Shown here in pieces: positions 20,779-30,710 of a stretch of DNA of 64,000 bases (position 1 is its first letter; every line of letters starts with the position of its first letter). The notes under the pieces were generated by a model, which saw only the letters and a list, made by a program, of their open reading frames with translations, ran no database searches and was not told where the DNA came from. Source of the stretch: a bacterium. Lineage in GTDB: Bacteria; Electryoneota; JAOADG01. Position numbers and translations under genes: made by a program. The DNA is taken from contig OY820579.1 in assembly GCA_963681965.1 (NCBI GenBank), positions 288,001 to 352,000 of the forward strand, given 5' to 3'.

Positions 20779-22628
20779 CCGCCCGACCTGCCGAACCGGC
20801 GGTCGAGTTCATCGATCGTCAATTGAATTAATACCGGTCGACCGTGCGGACAGGCATAGGGTAAATCGCACCGGAATAATTCTTCCAACAATGCCTGCAT
20901 TTCGTTCAGCGAAAGCGGCATACCCGCCTTCACTGCGGCTTTACAGGCAAACGTGGCTGCGAGGCGGTCCATTTGTTCGGGACGTGCTTCGAAATCGCGA
21001 CGATATTGATCGAGCATCTGCCGGATCAGATTGTCTTCCGGAGCAATATTCTTCAATCCCTGTGGCGAACCATTGAGCATGAGTGTTGTCGAATCTTTGA
21101 CCGAGAGTCGAAAACCGATCCGCTCGAAATTCGGTAATAATTCGCGCGCAATCGCTACATCTTCGGGACTGGCGGCAATTTCAATCGGAAACAGCAGCTC
21201 CTGTACTTTCCAGCCGTCGCGCGCAATCGCTTTGATCGCCTGTTCATATAGAATTCGCTCGTGCGCTACATGCTGATCGATGATCACCAAGCCCGACGGT
21301 ACTTGTACGAGGATATACTTCCCTTGAATCTGCCAGAGACCACCCGCCTCGCCGCGACCAAACCCGGCAGCAAGTTGCTGTAGTTCGGTTTCGTCGGAAG
21401 CACTCGCCAGTTCCCCATCGCCAACCTGTGTTTCCCACGAGCGTTTGGTTTCCAGCATTGAATATTGCGTTACCGGTCGATCGCGATAGCGTTTGGGAAT
21501 ATATCCCTGCGGTTGATCGAAAAATCCACTTTCACGACGTTTCTCGATGCGCTCGGGTCTGAGATCCTGCGGTACGTAGCGATCGGAAACGGGTTTGGTA
21601 CTGACCGGATCGGAATCGAAACGGTGCGGCGGTTCAGTCATACCACCGCTGCGAAGGGCATCGCGGACGGCATCGACGACTATCCGCCGGATTAGCGGCT
21701 CATTGTCGAATTTCACCTCTTCTTTCGAAGGGTGAACATTGACATCGAACGCTTGCGGTGTCAGTTCGACAAAGAGGATGTAAAACGGAAAAGTGCCCGG
21801 TTCGGCGATTTGTCCCAGTCCGGAAATCACGGCATTGGTAATGAGCGGCGAGCGGATCAAGCGATTGTTCAAATAAAGGTGCTGGTCGCCGCGCTGCATG
21901 CGGAGCAGAGAGGCAGTACCGATCATGCCGGTAATGCGAATCCCGCTCTCTTCCCATGCAACTGGTCGCAAATCACCGACGATTTTTTCGCCAAACACCT
22001 GTGCGACCCGCTCTTCAATGGTGCCGGGGGCAAGGTCGTAGAGCACTTCATCGTCGTTGACAAATTTCCACGCGATTTCGGGACGGGACAAAGCAAATCG
22101 TTTGAAGCGTACGTGAATATGTCCGAATTCGGTCGCATTCGATTTTAAGAAACGACGTCGTGCCGGAACATTGTAAAACAGATTCTTGATCTGGAACGTT
22201 GTACCCACTGGAGCGGCAAGCGGCTCGATCCGTACGATCCGACCGGCATCGATTGCCAAGTACCACCCGGAATCCTCGGCGGCGGTACGGGTTTTTACTT
22301 CGACCCGGGCGACCGATGCAATCGACGGCAGCGCCTCGCCGCGAAAACCGAGTGTGATCAGGGTGTCGAGATCTTCGAATTGCTTGATTTTACTCGTCGC
22401 GTGGCGCTCGAACGCGAGCATCAGATCTTCGCGATCCATTCCGAAGCCGTTATCCGTCACTTGAATCAAGTTGCGTCCCGCTCCACGGATCTGAATTTCA
22501 ATCCGTGTAGCTTCGGAATCGATGGCATTCTCCACCAATTCTTTCAATACCGATGCTGGACGCTCGACGACTTCGCCGGCGGCAATTCGATTAGCGACTA
22601 TTTCCGGAAGAACACGAATACGCGACAT
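20775..22628 (-). CDS. mutL: DNA mismatch repair endonuclease MutL
   Basis: IAAGEVVERPASVLKELVEN, GFRGEAL, DQHVAHERILYE and CPHGRP motifs. Confidence 0.97.
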   Translation of the reverse strand: MSRIRVLPEIVANRIAAGEVVERPASVLKELVENAIDSEATRIEIQIRGAGRNLIQVTDNGFGMDREDLMLAFERHATSKIKQFEDLDTLITLGFRGEALPSIASVARVEVKTRTAAEDSGWYLAIDAGRIVRIEPLAAPVGTTFQIKNLFYNVPARRRFLKSNATEFGHIHVRFKRFALSRPEIAWKFVNDDEVLYDLAPGTIEERVAQVFGEKIVGDLRPVAWEESGIRITGMIGTASLLRMQRGDQHLYLNNRLIRSPLITNAVISGLGQIAEPGTFPFYILFVELTPQAFDVNVHPSKEEVKFDNEPLIRRIVVDAVRDALRSGGMTEPPHRFDSDPVSTKPVSDRYVPQDLRPERIEKRRESGFFDQPQGYIPKRYRDRPVTQYSMLETKRSWETQVGDGELASASDETELQQLAAGFGRGEAGGLWQIQGKYILVQVPSGLVIIDQHVAHERILYEQAIKAIARDGWKVQELLFPIEIAASPEDVAIARELLPNFERIGFRLSVKDSTTLMLNGSPQGLKNIAPEDNLIRQMLDQYRRDFEARPEQMDRLAATFACKAAVKAGMPLSLNEMQALLEELFRCDLPYACPHGRPVLIQLTIDELDRRFGRSGG

Positions 22629-22810
22629 GAAGTACCAATCTTTTCATTCGATAACGGCTTAGATGTTTTGTCAATATACTATTTTTCCCGTCGATTCGGG
22701 ATAAGAACACCCGGTGGACACGCAAATTTCCACCGCCAGAATCCAACGGGGCGATTGATCGGTACAATTCGAACAGTCGCCCCGTATGATACAACCAGCA
22801 AAATTAACGA

Positions 22811-24397
22811 TCAGTCGCCGCCGCCACCGCTAATGGTGAATTGCGGCAATTGCTTGAGCTTGAAAACAGTGTCGATAATAGTGCCATCGACCCATTTCAC
22901 GACACCGATCGGCTGATCGGTGAAATCCGGTTTCTTGGGTACACCACCGCACATCTTGTCGATTTCCTGTTTGATGTCAGCCAGCGGTCGAATCGGGAGT
23001 CCCGATTTCCGGGTCGCTTCGATCAAATCCTTGCGGAGGGGATTGATTGCGATCCCGCGCTCGGTGACGATTACGTCGATCAATTCGCCCGGTCCGACCA
23101 GCGTGGTCACGCGATCGACAATCACCGGAATGCGGTCGCGCATCGCGGGAATCGGGAGGATTGTACACTTCGAGAAGAGGCAATTCTGCCAGCCGCCAAT
23201 CCCATGCAGCAGCAAACCATCGCTGTGCGAGACGACATTGGCGTTGAAATCGAGATCGACTTCGGTCGCGCCGAGCACTACTGCATCGATCAGCGAGGCG
23301 AAATTCCCTTTGCCATGCCAGTTATAGCTAGTGAAGGGGGAAGTATTGACATGACGCGGATTCTCGCGCATCGACCGAACACCGTCCAAATCGAACGTCT
23401 GACCATCGAGGATATATTCGGTCAACCCCTCTTCCAGCATCTCGACGAGGTACTTGTTCGAACCGCCGCGAACGAAACGCGCCTTCACCCCTTTGCGCTT
23501 CATGATCTCCTTGAGGTAAATCGCGAAGGCGAGGGACGTGCCACCGGCACCGGCTTGGAACGAGAAACCGTCGCGCACGATTCCCGCAGCGTCGCAGAAT
23601 TTCGCCGTCAATTCGGCGATATAGAGCCGGTCGGGCGATTTCGTGAGTTGGGTTGTACCGCTGACAATCTTGGAGGGATCGCCGATCTTGTCGAGGACGA
23701 CGACGCAATCGACATTCTGACCTTGGATTTGCCACGGGATGCAGGGGAATGGCACCAGATTGTCGGTAACGACGATAACGTGATCGGCATATTCGGAGTC
23801 GACGAGTCCAAATCCGAGCAGACCGCATGCGGACGGACCGCGATCGCCGGTGGCATTACCGAGCGAGTCGGCAGTGGGGGCAGCGACGATGGCGATATCG
23901 ATATGTACTTCGCCATCCTGTACCGCCTGCCAGCGTCCACCATGACTGCGGAGCACCGCCATGCCGGGGAGCATCTTCCCTTCACTGACGTAGCGTCCGA
24001 GTGGACCGTTGAGCGACCCTTCGATATGATGGATCATACCCGATTCGAGGTGCTTGATCAGCGGTTCGTGGCACGGGAATGCGGCACTGGGGAACCAGCG
24101 CAACCCTTTCACGCCAAGTTCGGCACACGCTTCAAAGACCCGGTTCATCACCAAGTCGCCGTTGCGGAAATGGTGGTGCGAGGAAATCGTCATACCGTCG
24201 CGCAAGCCGCATTTTTCCAGCGCTTCGCGCAGCGAGCCGACGACTTTATTGCCGTCGAGCGGATATTGGGCACACGACCGGATCGGCGGTGCCGCTTTGT
24301 GTCCGGTCGGGATATACTTTCCGACCCCTTGATACGGGATCGACTCGACCCCATTCACGACTTCCGGAACGGGGCGATTGGCAGCATTTGTTTTCAT
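22811..24397 (-). CDS. citF: Citrate (or citramalate) lyase alpha subunit / acyl-ACP transferase
   Basis: ISSHHHFRNGD, LRSHGGR, FQAGAGG and VIVTERGIAINP motifs; start taken at MKTNAANR. Confidence 0.9.
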   Translation of the reverse strand: MKTNAANRPVPEVVNGVESIPYQGVGKYIPTGHKAAPPIRSCAQYPLDGNKVVGSLREALEKCGLRDGMTISSHHHFRNGDLVMNRVFEACAELGVKGLRWFPSAAFPCHEPLIKHLESGMIHHIEGSLNGPLGRYVSEGKMLPGMAVLRSHGGRWQAVQDGEVHIDIAIVAAPTADSLGNATGDRGPSACGLLGFGLVDSEYADHVIVVTDNLVPFPCIPWQIQGQNVDCVVVLDKIGDPSKIVSGTTQLTKSPDRLYIAELTAKFCDAAGIVRDGFSFQAGAGGTSLAFAIYLKEIMKRKGVKARFVRGGSNKYLVEMLEEGLTEYILDGQTFDLDGVRSMRENPRHVNTSPFTSYNWHGKGNFASLIDAVVLGATEVDLDFNANVVSHSDGLLLHGIGGWQNCLFSKCTILPIPAMRDRIPVIVDRVTTLVGPGELIDVIVTERGIAINPLRKDLIEATRKSGLPIRPLADIKQEIDKMCGGVPKKPDFTDQPIGVVKWVDGTIIDTVFKLKQLPQFTISGGGGD

Positions 24398-24571
24398 GGG
24401 TTGTTCACTCGTGTGTGAATTCAGTTGAAACAATAAGGTAATAAGGATTTGAGGCGAATGCATGACATCAGCGAAAAGCGTTATCCGTCGTGGATTTGCG
24501 AAACCAAGCAGGTTTCAGGGTATTCATCCGCAATGGCGACCCACATTCGTCTTGATCTTGTATCTTGATTG

Positions 24572-24645
24572 GTCGTTGCGAGGAATGAAACGTAGGAACG
24601 TCAGCCGTACGGCTGACTTCCGAAGTGGAATGACGAAGCAATCTC
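24572..24645 (-). repeat. Family B palindromic element (inverted)
   Basis: GTCGTTGCGAGGAATGAA...GTCAGCCGTACGGCTGAC...GACGAAGCAATCTC; the inner hairpin nearly matches the 56184 copy. Confidence 0.75.
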
Positions 24646-24686
24646 CGCCTGAGTCTTGGATCCTTTCTATGAATGCGATACTTCGA

Positions 24687-24917
24687 TTAAAAGACAGCGA
24701 CGGGAATTTGCCGCAATTGGGTCGATTGATCGCGATTCTTGCGGATTTCTTCGATTCGACGCACACTATCGGCAGCGAGTGTCTCGCTCCCGCAGTGGGG
24801 ACATTGCAATACCGGCAGATTTTCAATCAAGAATAACCCCTCCCCCTGTCCGAAAGAACGGGTGATCCGACGTTCAACGAAACCTTCTTTACCGCAGATG
24901 GAGCATTTCATGGGCAT
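24687..24917 (-). CDS. YgiT-type zinc finger protein
   Basis: MKCSICG...IENLPVLQCPHCGSE (two CxxC motifs); 76 aa. Confidence 0.8.
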   Translation of the reverse strand: MPMKCSICGKEGFVERRITRSFGQGEGLFLIENLPVLQCPHCGSETLAADSVRRIEEIRKNRDQSTQLRQIPVAVF

Positions 24918-24919
24918 AT

Positions 24920-25939
24920 CTAAAATGGTAGATCGTCATCGATCTCATTTTTCCCGACATGTTCTTTAACATTTTCACTACACGTTTGTTGACATAAGAA
25001 ATATCCGGATTGCGTTAATGTAAAATATTCTATTTCTAAATTGTGAGTGTCCGATTTTACACTACTTCTATTGATTAATTTCATCTCATTTTCAACTGTT
25101 TCGAGATCTTTATATAAATCGCCAACTTCAACAAAAATCCAACTACTTCTGTCATCTAATTCAAATGGTAGGTTAATACTGCTTGATGAATAAGCTGATT
25201 TAACTATATCATTTAAAATACCAAAACAAATATCTCCATTCTTATACATAAATTCTAATGAACGCGCCTGATTGTCGTTCAGTACCGACCACATACCCAT
25301 CAACATTCTTTTTTCATTTTCGCTGGGTTGATCCGTATTAGTAGAAGTTATTTCACTGTTTGTCGTTACTGAGTTTTTCGCAAACCTATGGAAATTTTCG
25401 CTGGTAATTTTACTATTATCGTAAACATTTTGTGGAACATCTCGCATTACATTATTCATCAAACTTGAAATACAGTTGATAATCTCATTTGCAAATTCCT
25501 CTTCAGTATTATACTCTTTATAGAGTATGTTCTCTTGAAGTGTTTTCTTATACTCCTGCAACCTATCAAATTGGCATCTATCGTGATTTTGAGGTATATC
25601 TCTCGTGCAAAAAAACAGCATTACCTTTTTATTATTCTTTCTTGCCTCCTCGATTTCATGAATAGTTCCACTTGGATATTTCTGTGTAGGCGATCCAATT
25701 TTGCTCCAGAATATACCTATGACGACATCACATTCATCTGCCGCTTGTTCTTGAATAACTTCCTGAGGATGCCCATCAGCAGGATATACGTTTTCCCAAC
25801 CTTTAGCAAGAATGACGTAGTGAGTATTACTAGAATTAATATCATTCCACTTTTGGATTTGTGCCTTTAAGATGTTTCTTTCACGTTCAACATCATTTGG
25901 TGACGCAATGAAAACGGAAATTACTTTTGCTGGATACAT
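24920..25939 (-). CDS. DUF4062 (TIR-like fold) domain protein, low GC
   Basis: VFIASPNDVERER, CDVVIGIFWSKIGSPT and SGTIHE motifs; ends in DDDLPF. Confidence 0.8.
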   Translation of the reverse strand: MYPAKVISVFIASPNDVERERNILKAQIQKWNDINSSNTHYVILAKGWENVYPADGHPQEVIQEQAADECDVVIGIFWSKIGSPTQKYPSGTIHEIEEARKNNKKVMLFFCTRDIPQNHDRCQFDRLQEYKKTLQENILYKEYNTEEEFANEIINCISSLMNNVMRDVPQNVYDNSKITSENFHRFAKNSVTTNSEITSTNTDQPSENEKRMLMGMWSVLNDNQARSLEFMYKNGDICFGILNDIVKSAYSSSSINLPFELDDRSSWIFVEVGDLYKDLETVENEMKLINRSSVKSDTHNLEIEYFTLTQSGYFLCQQTCSENVKEHVGKNEIDDDLPF

Positions 25940-26115
25940 TTTCAGTCCTTACTAGAACCGCACGACAAAGATTAATTCAGTTCTCTTCTCACAATAAATT
26001 ACAATATTTTTTCCTTCAAATCTACCAACCATTGACATTTTAACAAATCAAGCAGATCTTAACTAATACACTCAATTTTTACCCAACTTACCGATCAAAG
26101 AAGCGAGACGTTTTC

Positions 26116-26508
26116 ATGGATCTCACCACCGCCTATCACGCCTTGCGGATACCGCCGGGTAGCACGCCGGAAGCGGCGAAGAGCGCCTTCGACGGGATGA
26201 CGCAATTCCTGCAAGCGGACAGCGCGGAAAACTTGTCCGAGCTGCAGCAGATTGCGCTCGAAGAGAAGCGCAATTACCTGCAGGACGCATTACAAACCAT
26301 CGCAACCGAACACGCTTCTCGGATGGAACGCGCCCAGCAATTCGCCAAATCCGACGCGGAGCAGTCCGATCACTCCCAACTATCTCCCGCCGCACAGGAA
26401 GCACTGGCGAAATTTGGCGCCGCATCCAATCGCGAGGCACAGGAGCGGGAAGATTCTGACCGAAATAACATGAACGGTATCTCATTCAATATGTGGCAGT
26501 GGTTTTAA
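26116..26508 (+). CDS. Hypothetical protein with a degenerate J-domain-like N-terminus
   Basis: AYHALRIPPGSTPEAAKSAF resembles J-domain helices I-II but has no HPD motif. Confidence 0.5.
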   Translation: MDLTTAYHALRIPPGSTPEAAKSAFDGMTQFLQADSAENLSELQQIALEEKRNYLQDALQTIATEHASRMERAQQFAKSDAEQSDHSQLSPAAQEALAKFGAASNREAQEREDSDRNNMNGISFNMWQWF

Positions 26509-26565
26509 TATCGTTCACTACGGCAATCATTCCGATTGCACCACACCACTTCGACTAAAACGCAC

Positions 26566-26588
26566 ACGGCACGACTTTCGTCGTGCCG
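26566..26588. terminator. Hairpin between convergent genes
   Basis: CGGCACGAC-TTTC-GTCGTGCCG. Confidence 0.55.
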
Positions 26589-26618
26589 CGGTCGTAATAA
26601 ACAAAATACAATGAAACG

Positions 26619-28817
26619 TTACTTCACCAGCACCAGCTTGCGAACGGCACTGTACCGGCTAGCCTCGAATTTGAGGAAGTAAATACCGGTTGCCAGTTTG
26701 TCCGCGCGGATGAGCTGTGAATGCGTGCCCGCATTGACTTTACCGCTGAACAACGTTTCCACTTCACGCCCGGTTACATCAAACAGTCGCATCGTGATAT
26801 TCATCGATGTCGGCACTGTGAAGTTCACAGTCGTGGAGGGGTTGAACGGATTCGGATATGCTTCACTGACCGTAATCGCACTCGGCATTTCGATCGGCTC
26901 GCCAGCGGATTGGGTACCGTTGCCGACGCGCAATGCAACCGGAATGGTTACCGGTGCCGGGATATTCCCGCGGAACTGGATCGTTCCAGTCAGCGAGGAG
27001 TCGGTGTGGATATTATACGAATTCGCATTGATACCGATCGTACGTTGTGCTCCGGCACCCAACACAAACGAAACCGGCGACGCATTGCCCCAACTGTACA
27101 ACGGGGACAAATTCAACGTGCGACTCGCTGGAACCGCGGTATTGTATGCAATCTGAGTGAATTCGGTGGCACTCGACTGAATACCGATGGTGGCACTGCT
27201 CAAATTACCAGTCATATTCCGATAGACAAATTTGATCGTTCCGTCATTGGCATTCAAGATAATTTCGAACGACATCGTCGAGGACGGATCGCCGGTGCGA
27301 TACACATCTTCCCACGCGAATACTGCAATCCCACGTTCCAAATCGGTCAGGTAATACGCTTGTCCATCCGGAACCGTAAGATCATCCCAGAACGGTGCGA
27401 GCATGGTCGTCGCCACATTCGTCGGGAATTCGGTATTCGTCGTACTTGTCGTCGTACGAATCGAATTGAAAGTGATGAATCCACTCGAGGACATAATAAA
27501 CTGTGGATAATAATACCCGAACATCGGGAATTGAATATCCATCGGGTACGGACCTACCGCCGTATTTCGACCAACCGGACCGAGTTGCGAGTTGCCGGTA
27601 TCGGCAACAAACCATTCGGTTCCAGAGGTTGAATATTGGTATTCGTTTCGACCCAAAACCGCCGAAACAGTACCGATAAACCGATCGGTTCCGGAATTGC
27701 GGATCGTGATACTGGCATTGTCCTGCGCCAACGTATCCATCGTGAACGATAGACTGTCGGGACTTAGCGTAATAGAAGTGATTCCTACTACCTGGAAATT
27801 CTTGGGCGAGATTTCGACATGATTCCCTTCGACAATCTTAATTCGGCATGCCGTTGCAGTCGGACCCGGTACCGTCCAAGTGTAACTTCCGGTATTCGGT
27901 GCTGATGTCGTAATTGTGTCCCAAGTGCCAGTCGGATAGTTCCGATTGTAGAGCAGCGTCAAGTTGCCGGAGAACACCAAGGGTTCCCACATGATGTGAG
28001 TGGTGTCGCCGACAAAGAACAACTCGTCGCCTACTGGCGCCGTGACGTTGCAAGTGGTTTTGTACGCCGATTGGTATACTTCACGGGCAGAACCAGACGA
28101 AGTCTCATTCTGAACCCACACGATAGCAGCACAGCTATCCGCAGTGAATGCCGTCGCGCCAGTCGATCTCACCGGAAATTGACCGGTAAACGTCAACGTG
28201 TCGGATGTTCGACCGGAATGTGTAAAGCTGTAACCCGCAGAGGTACTTCCGGCAAAACCATCGAATGGCCAATAAAACGTGGTCATTCCATTTCGGGTCG
28301 CCGTTGCCAGTCGCTTGAATGTTGTGACAATACCGATGCGAAGTTTTACGTTGTTGAATGCACTGTCGGCAACCGCTTTCACAATCACGTTGAGGGTATC
28401 GCGATTGGCACTGGGACTGTTGATCACCTTCAGCCAAATATGCGAAGCCACTCGTCCACGATTGGTAATAGCGGTTAACATTGCAGCGGCATTCCCTGCA
28501 CTCGACGACGCTCCGTCGAGATATCCCGCCGGAATTGAATTTACACCATATGCAGTACGTCGCGCTTCGTTATCGGTCGGATTTGCCAAATACCAGATAT
28601 CGTAATTGGCTGTCGGCCAATTCTGGTGGTAAAAAACTGGTGTTACTACGTCTCTTCCTTGCCCCGCAAGAAATGGATCGAGCCACGCGTGCTCGGTCGC
28701 ACAGCCGGGTCAAGACGTGCTGGTAAACCCTTCGAACAAGACCGTACGCGGATAACTGAAAGCAGTTACCGAGCAGGCGAGTACGAAGAGCGCGGAAAAT
28801 AAACGCAATTTCTTCAT
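26619..28817 (-). CDS. Secreted Omp28/thioredoxin-like putative selenoprotein (U36xxC39) with Ig-like, nidogen-like and C-terminal sorting domains, 732 aa
   Basis: GGGAG RBS and ATG at 28817, then signal peptide and RTVLFEGFTSTS-[TGA 28712-28710]-PGC. The frame stays open into the tracked ORF 26619..28589. The C-terminus reads AYPNPFNPSTT...KLVLVK. Confidence 0.85.
28676..28698 (-). promoter_or_regulatory. Candidate bacterial SECIS hairpin
   Basis: GA-C-CGAGC-ACGCGUG-GCUCG-A-UC stem-loop starting 12 nt after the UGA; loop about 20 nt downstream with an early G. Confidence 0.55.
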
Positions 28818-28973
28818 CGATACTCCCATTCTCAAAGAATCAAACACTCTTCGCCAAACATCGGTTTAGCTACTCTATAATAATCAATTCCAGTACATTC
28901 CAAAAACAATCTCTTTGCTATTTTAATTTTTTCCAATGTTGTCTAAAAAAGTGTCAGTCGATCGCATGAGAGT

Positions 28974-29001
28974 AAAAAAACGGAGCACCTAAGTGCTCCG
29001 T
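28974..29001 (-). terminator. Intrinsic terminator of sod
   Basis: ACGGAGCAC-TTAG-GTGCTCCG followed by T7 on the minus strand. Confidence 0.85.
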
Positions 29002-29030
29002 CCAGTCCGAATGAATGATATTCTGTGAAG

Positions 29031-29639
29031 TTAGTGGCAACCAGCGAATCGCTTACTGACATCTGCCCAATTCAACAAATTCCACCAAGTTTCGACAAAA
29101 GCGGCTCGTTTGTTCTGGAATTTCAAATAATAAGCGTGTTCCCAGACATCCAGAACAAGCAACGGGGTAACACCCCAGACCGTTAGATCCTGATGCTTTT
29201 CCGATTGCAGAATTTCCAGTTTCTTGCCACGCGGTTCCCACGCTAAAATTGCCCAACCGCTACCCTCAACGGCAACAGCGGCTGCGGAAAACTGCTTCTT
29301 GAACGTTTCGAAACTACCGAAATCGCGATTGATTTGCTCGGAAATCGGACCAGTCGGCAATCCACCAGCATTGGGTGCCATATTTTCCCAATACATCTGA
29401 TGCATGAAGTGTCCGGAACCGTGAAATGCTACTTCTCGCGACCAATGCTTCACCAACGAAAAGTCGCCGGCTTCGCGGGCAGCGGCAAGTTTCGCTTCGG
29501 CATTGTTCAGTCCGTCGACATAGGCTTTGTGATGCATATCGTGATGTAAACGAACAGTTTGTTCGTCCATGTGTGGTTCTAACGCGTTGTAAGCATACGG
29601 TAATGGCGGTAATTCGTACGGCATTTTGTTACTCCTCAA
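29031..29639 (-). CDS. sod: Fe/Mn superoxide dismutase (likely start MPYELPPL)
   Basis: LPPLPYAYNALEPH, HHKAYV, GSGWA and DVWEHAYY motifs. Confidence 0.95.
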   Translation of the reverse strand: MRSNKMPYELPPLPYAYNALEPHMDEQTVRLHHDMHHKAYVDGLNNAEAKLAAAREAGDFSLVKHWSREVAFHGSGHFMHQMYWENMAPNAGGLPTGPISEQINRDFGSFETFKKQFSAAAVAVEGSGWAILAWEPRGKKLEILQSEKHQDLTVWGVTPLLVLDVWEHAYYLKFQNKRAAFVETWWNLLNWADVSKRFAGCH

Positions 29640-29819
29640 ATTGTCGGAACAGCCGGGGAAACCGGCATATTTACATTCAAAAGATTGTTACAATATTACT
29701 GTAAAATGGTACGGATTTCGGATTCAAACGTTGGCAGTGCCGATTTCGTTGATCCAGCGTAATACTCTCTGAGTGATATCAATGAAATCGAGTTCCAGAG
29801 GTAATCGAAAAAAACGGTC

Positions 29820-30710
29820 TTACTCATGTTCCGGACGGGTTTTCCAGCGGCGATGTAACCACAACCATTGCTCGGGATATTCCCGAACGGTTCGTTCCAA
29901 GCGAGCGGTAATCCGTTTCATCCCCTCTTCGACAGCGGCATCGTGATCGGCAGGTAGATCGGACAAGTCCATCCGTTCATAGGTTACTCTAAATTTTCGA
30001 TTTCCGAGCCGGATCCCTTCGGTAAAGAAAACCGGTGCCCCGGTACGTAACGCAAACACCATTGCACCTCGAGGTGTCGAAGCGAGTCGCCCGAAAAACG
30101 GCACAAATACCCCTTCCCGGTGCCCATCTTGATCGCAGAGGAGCGCAATCAGTCTACCGCTTCGAAGTGCGCGGAGCGTGCCTTTGGCAGCATTGTCGTT
30201 GCGATTCACAATCTCGATGCCGCATCCTTGGCGAAGCGAGTCCATTTCAGCTTCGATCAATCGGTTGGCTTGCGAGGCAACGATGTAGGTGAGCGGGATA
30301 CCGCTTAACGAGGTTCCCGCTCCCATCCATTCCCAATTACCGAGATGCCCGGAAACACCGATTGCCCCTTTCCCTTCGGCAAGTCCGGCACGCAATTCTT
30401 CCAAACCGCGGAACTCCATCTGACTGGTAATATTTTCTGAAGTCAGCAACGGGAGCCGAGCAAATTCCGCGAGTGTTCTTCCAAACGAGCGGTACATTTC
30501 ATTGGCGATTTGGTGGCACTCGGATTCGGTTTTTTCGGGAAATGCCAGCATCAATTGTTCGATCGCCACCCGCTTCCGAATACCAATCAAAGCAATCAAT
30601 GAACCAATTCCCGCACCGATCGCGCGCGAAGTTTGCAACGGCGTTATGCGAAAGATCGATTCGATGCCACGAATTGCCCACAGCTCCAATTTTGCCCGAA
30701 AAGAATGCAC
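29820..30710 (-). CDS. Lipid A lauroyl / lysophospholipid acyltransferase (LpxL/HtrB family)
   Basis: HLGNWE, DQD..REGVFVPFFG and PEQWLWLHRRWK motifs. Confidence 0.9.
   Translation of the reverse strand: MHSFRAKLELWAIRGIESIFRITPLQTSRAIGAGIGSLIALIGIRKRVAIEQLMLAFPEKTESECHQIANEMYRSFGRTLAEFARLPLLTSENITSQMEFRGLEELRAGLAEGKGAIGVSGHLGNWEWMGAGTSLSGIPLTYIVASQANRLIEAEMDSLRQGCGIEIVNRNDNAAKGTLRALRSGRLIALLCDQDGHREGVFVPFFGRLASTPRGAMVFALRTGAPVFFTEGIRLGNRKFRVTYERMDLSDLPADHDAAVEEGMKRITARLERTVREYPEQWLWLHRRWKTRPEHE

Noticed and set aside
22841-24418. 525-aa plus-strand ORF
   Set aside because: It is the antisense shadow of citF caused by codon bias and has no recognisable motifs.
28589-28817. Pseudogene or alternative genetic code (TGA=Trp/Gly) reading of the in-frame stop
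   Set aside because: TGA ends several other genes in the window (e.g. pyk, mutL, terY), the codon falls at a catalytic Cys position, and the rest of the gene is intact. Sec is the preferred reading, though unproven.
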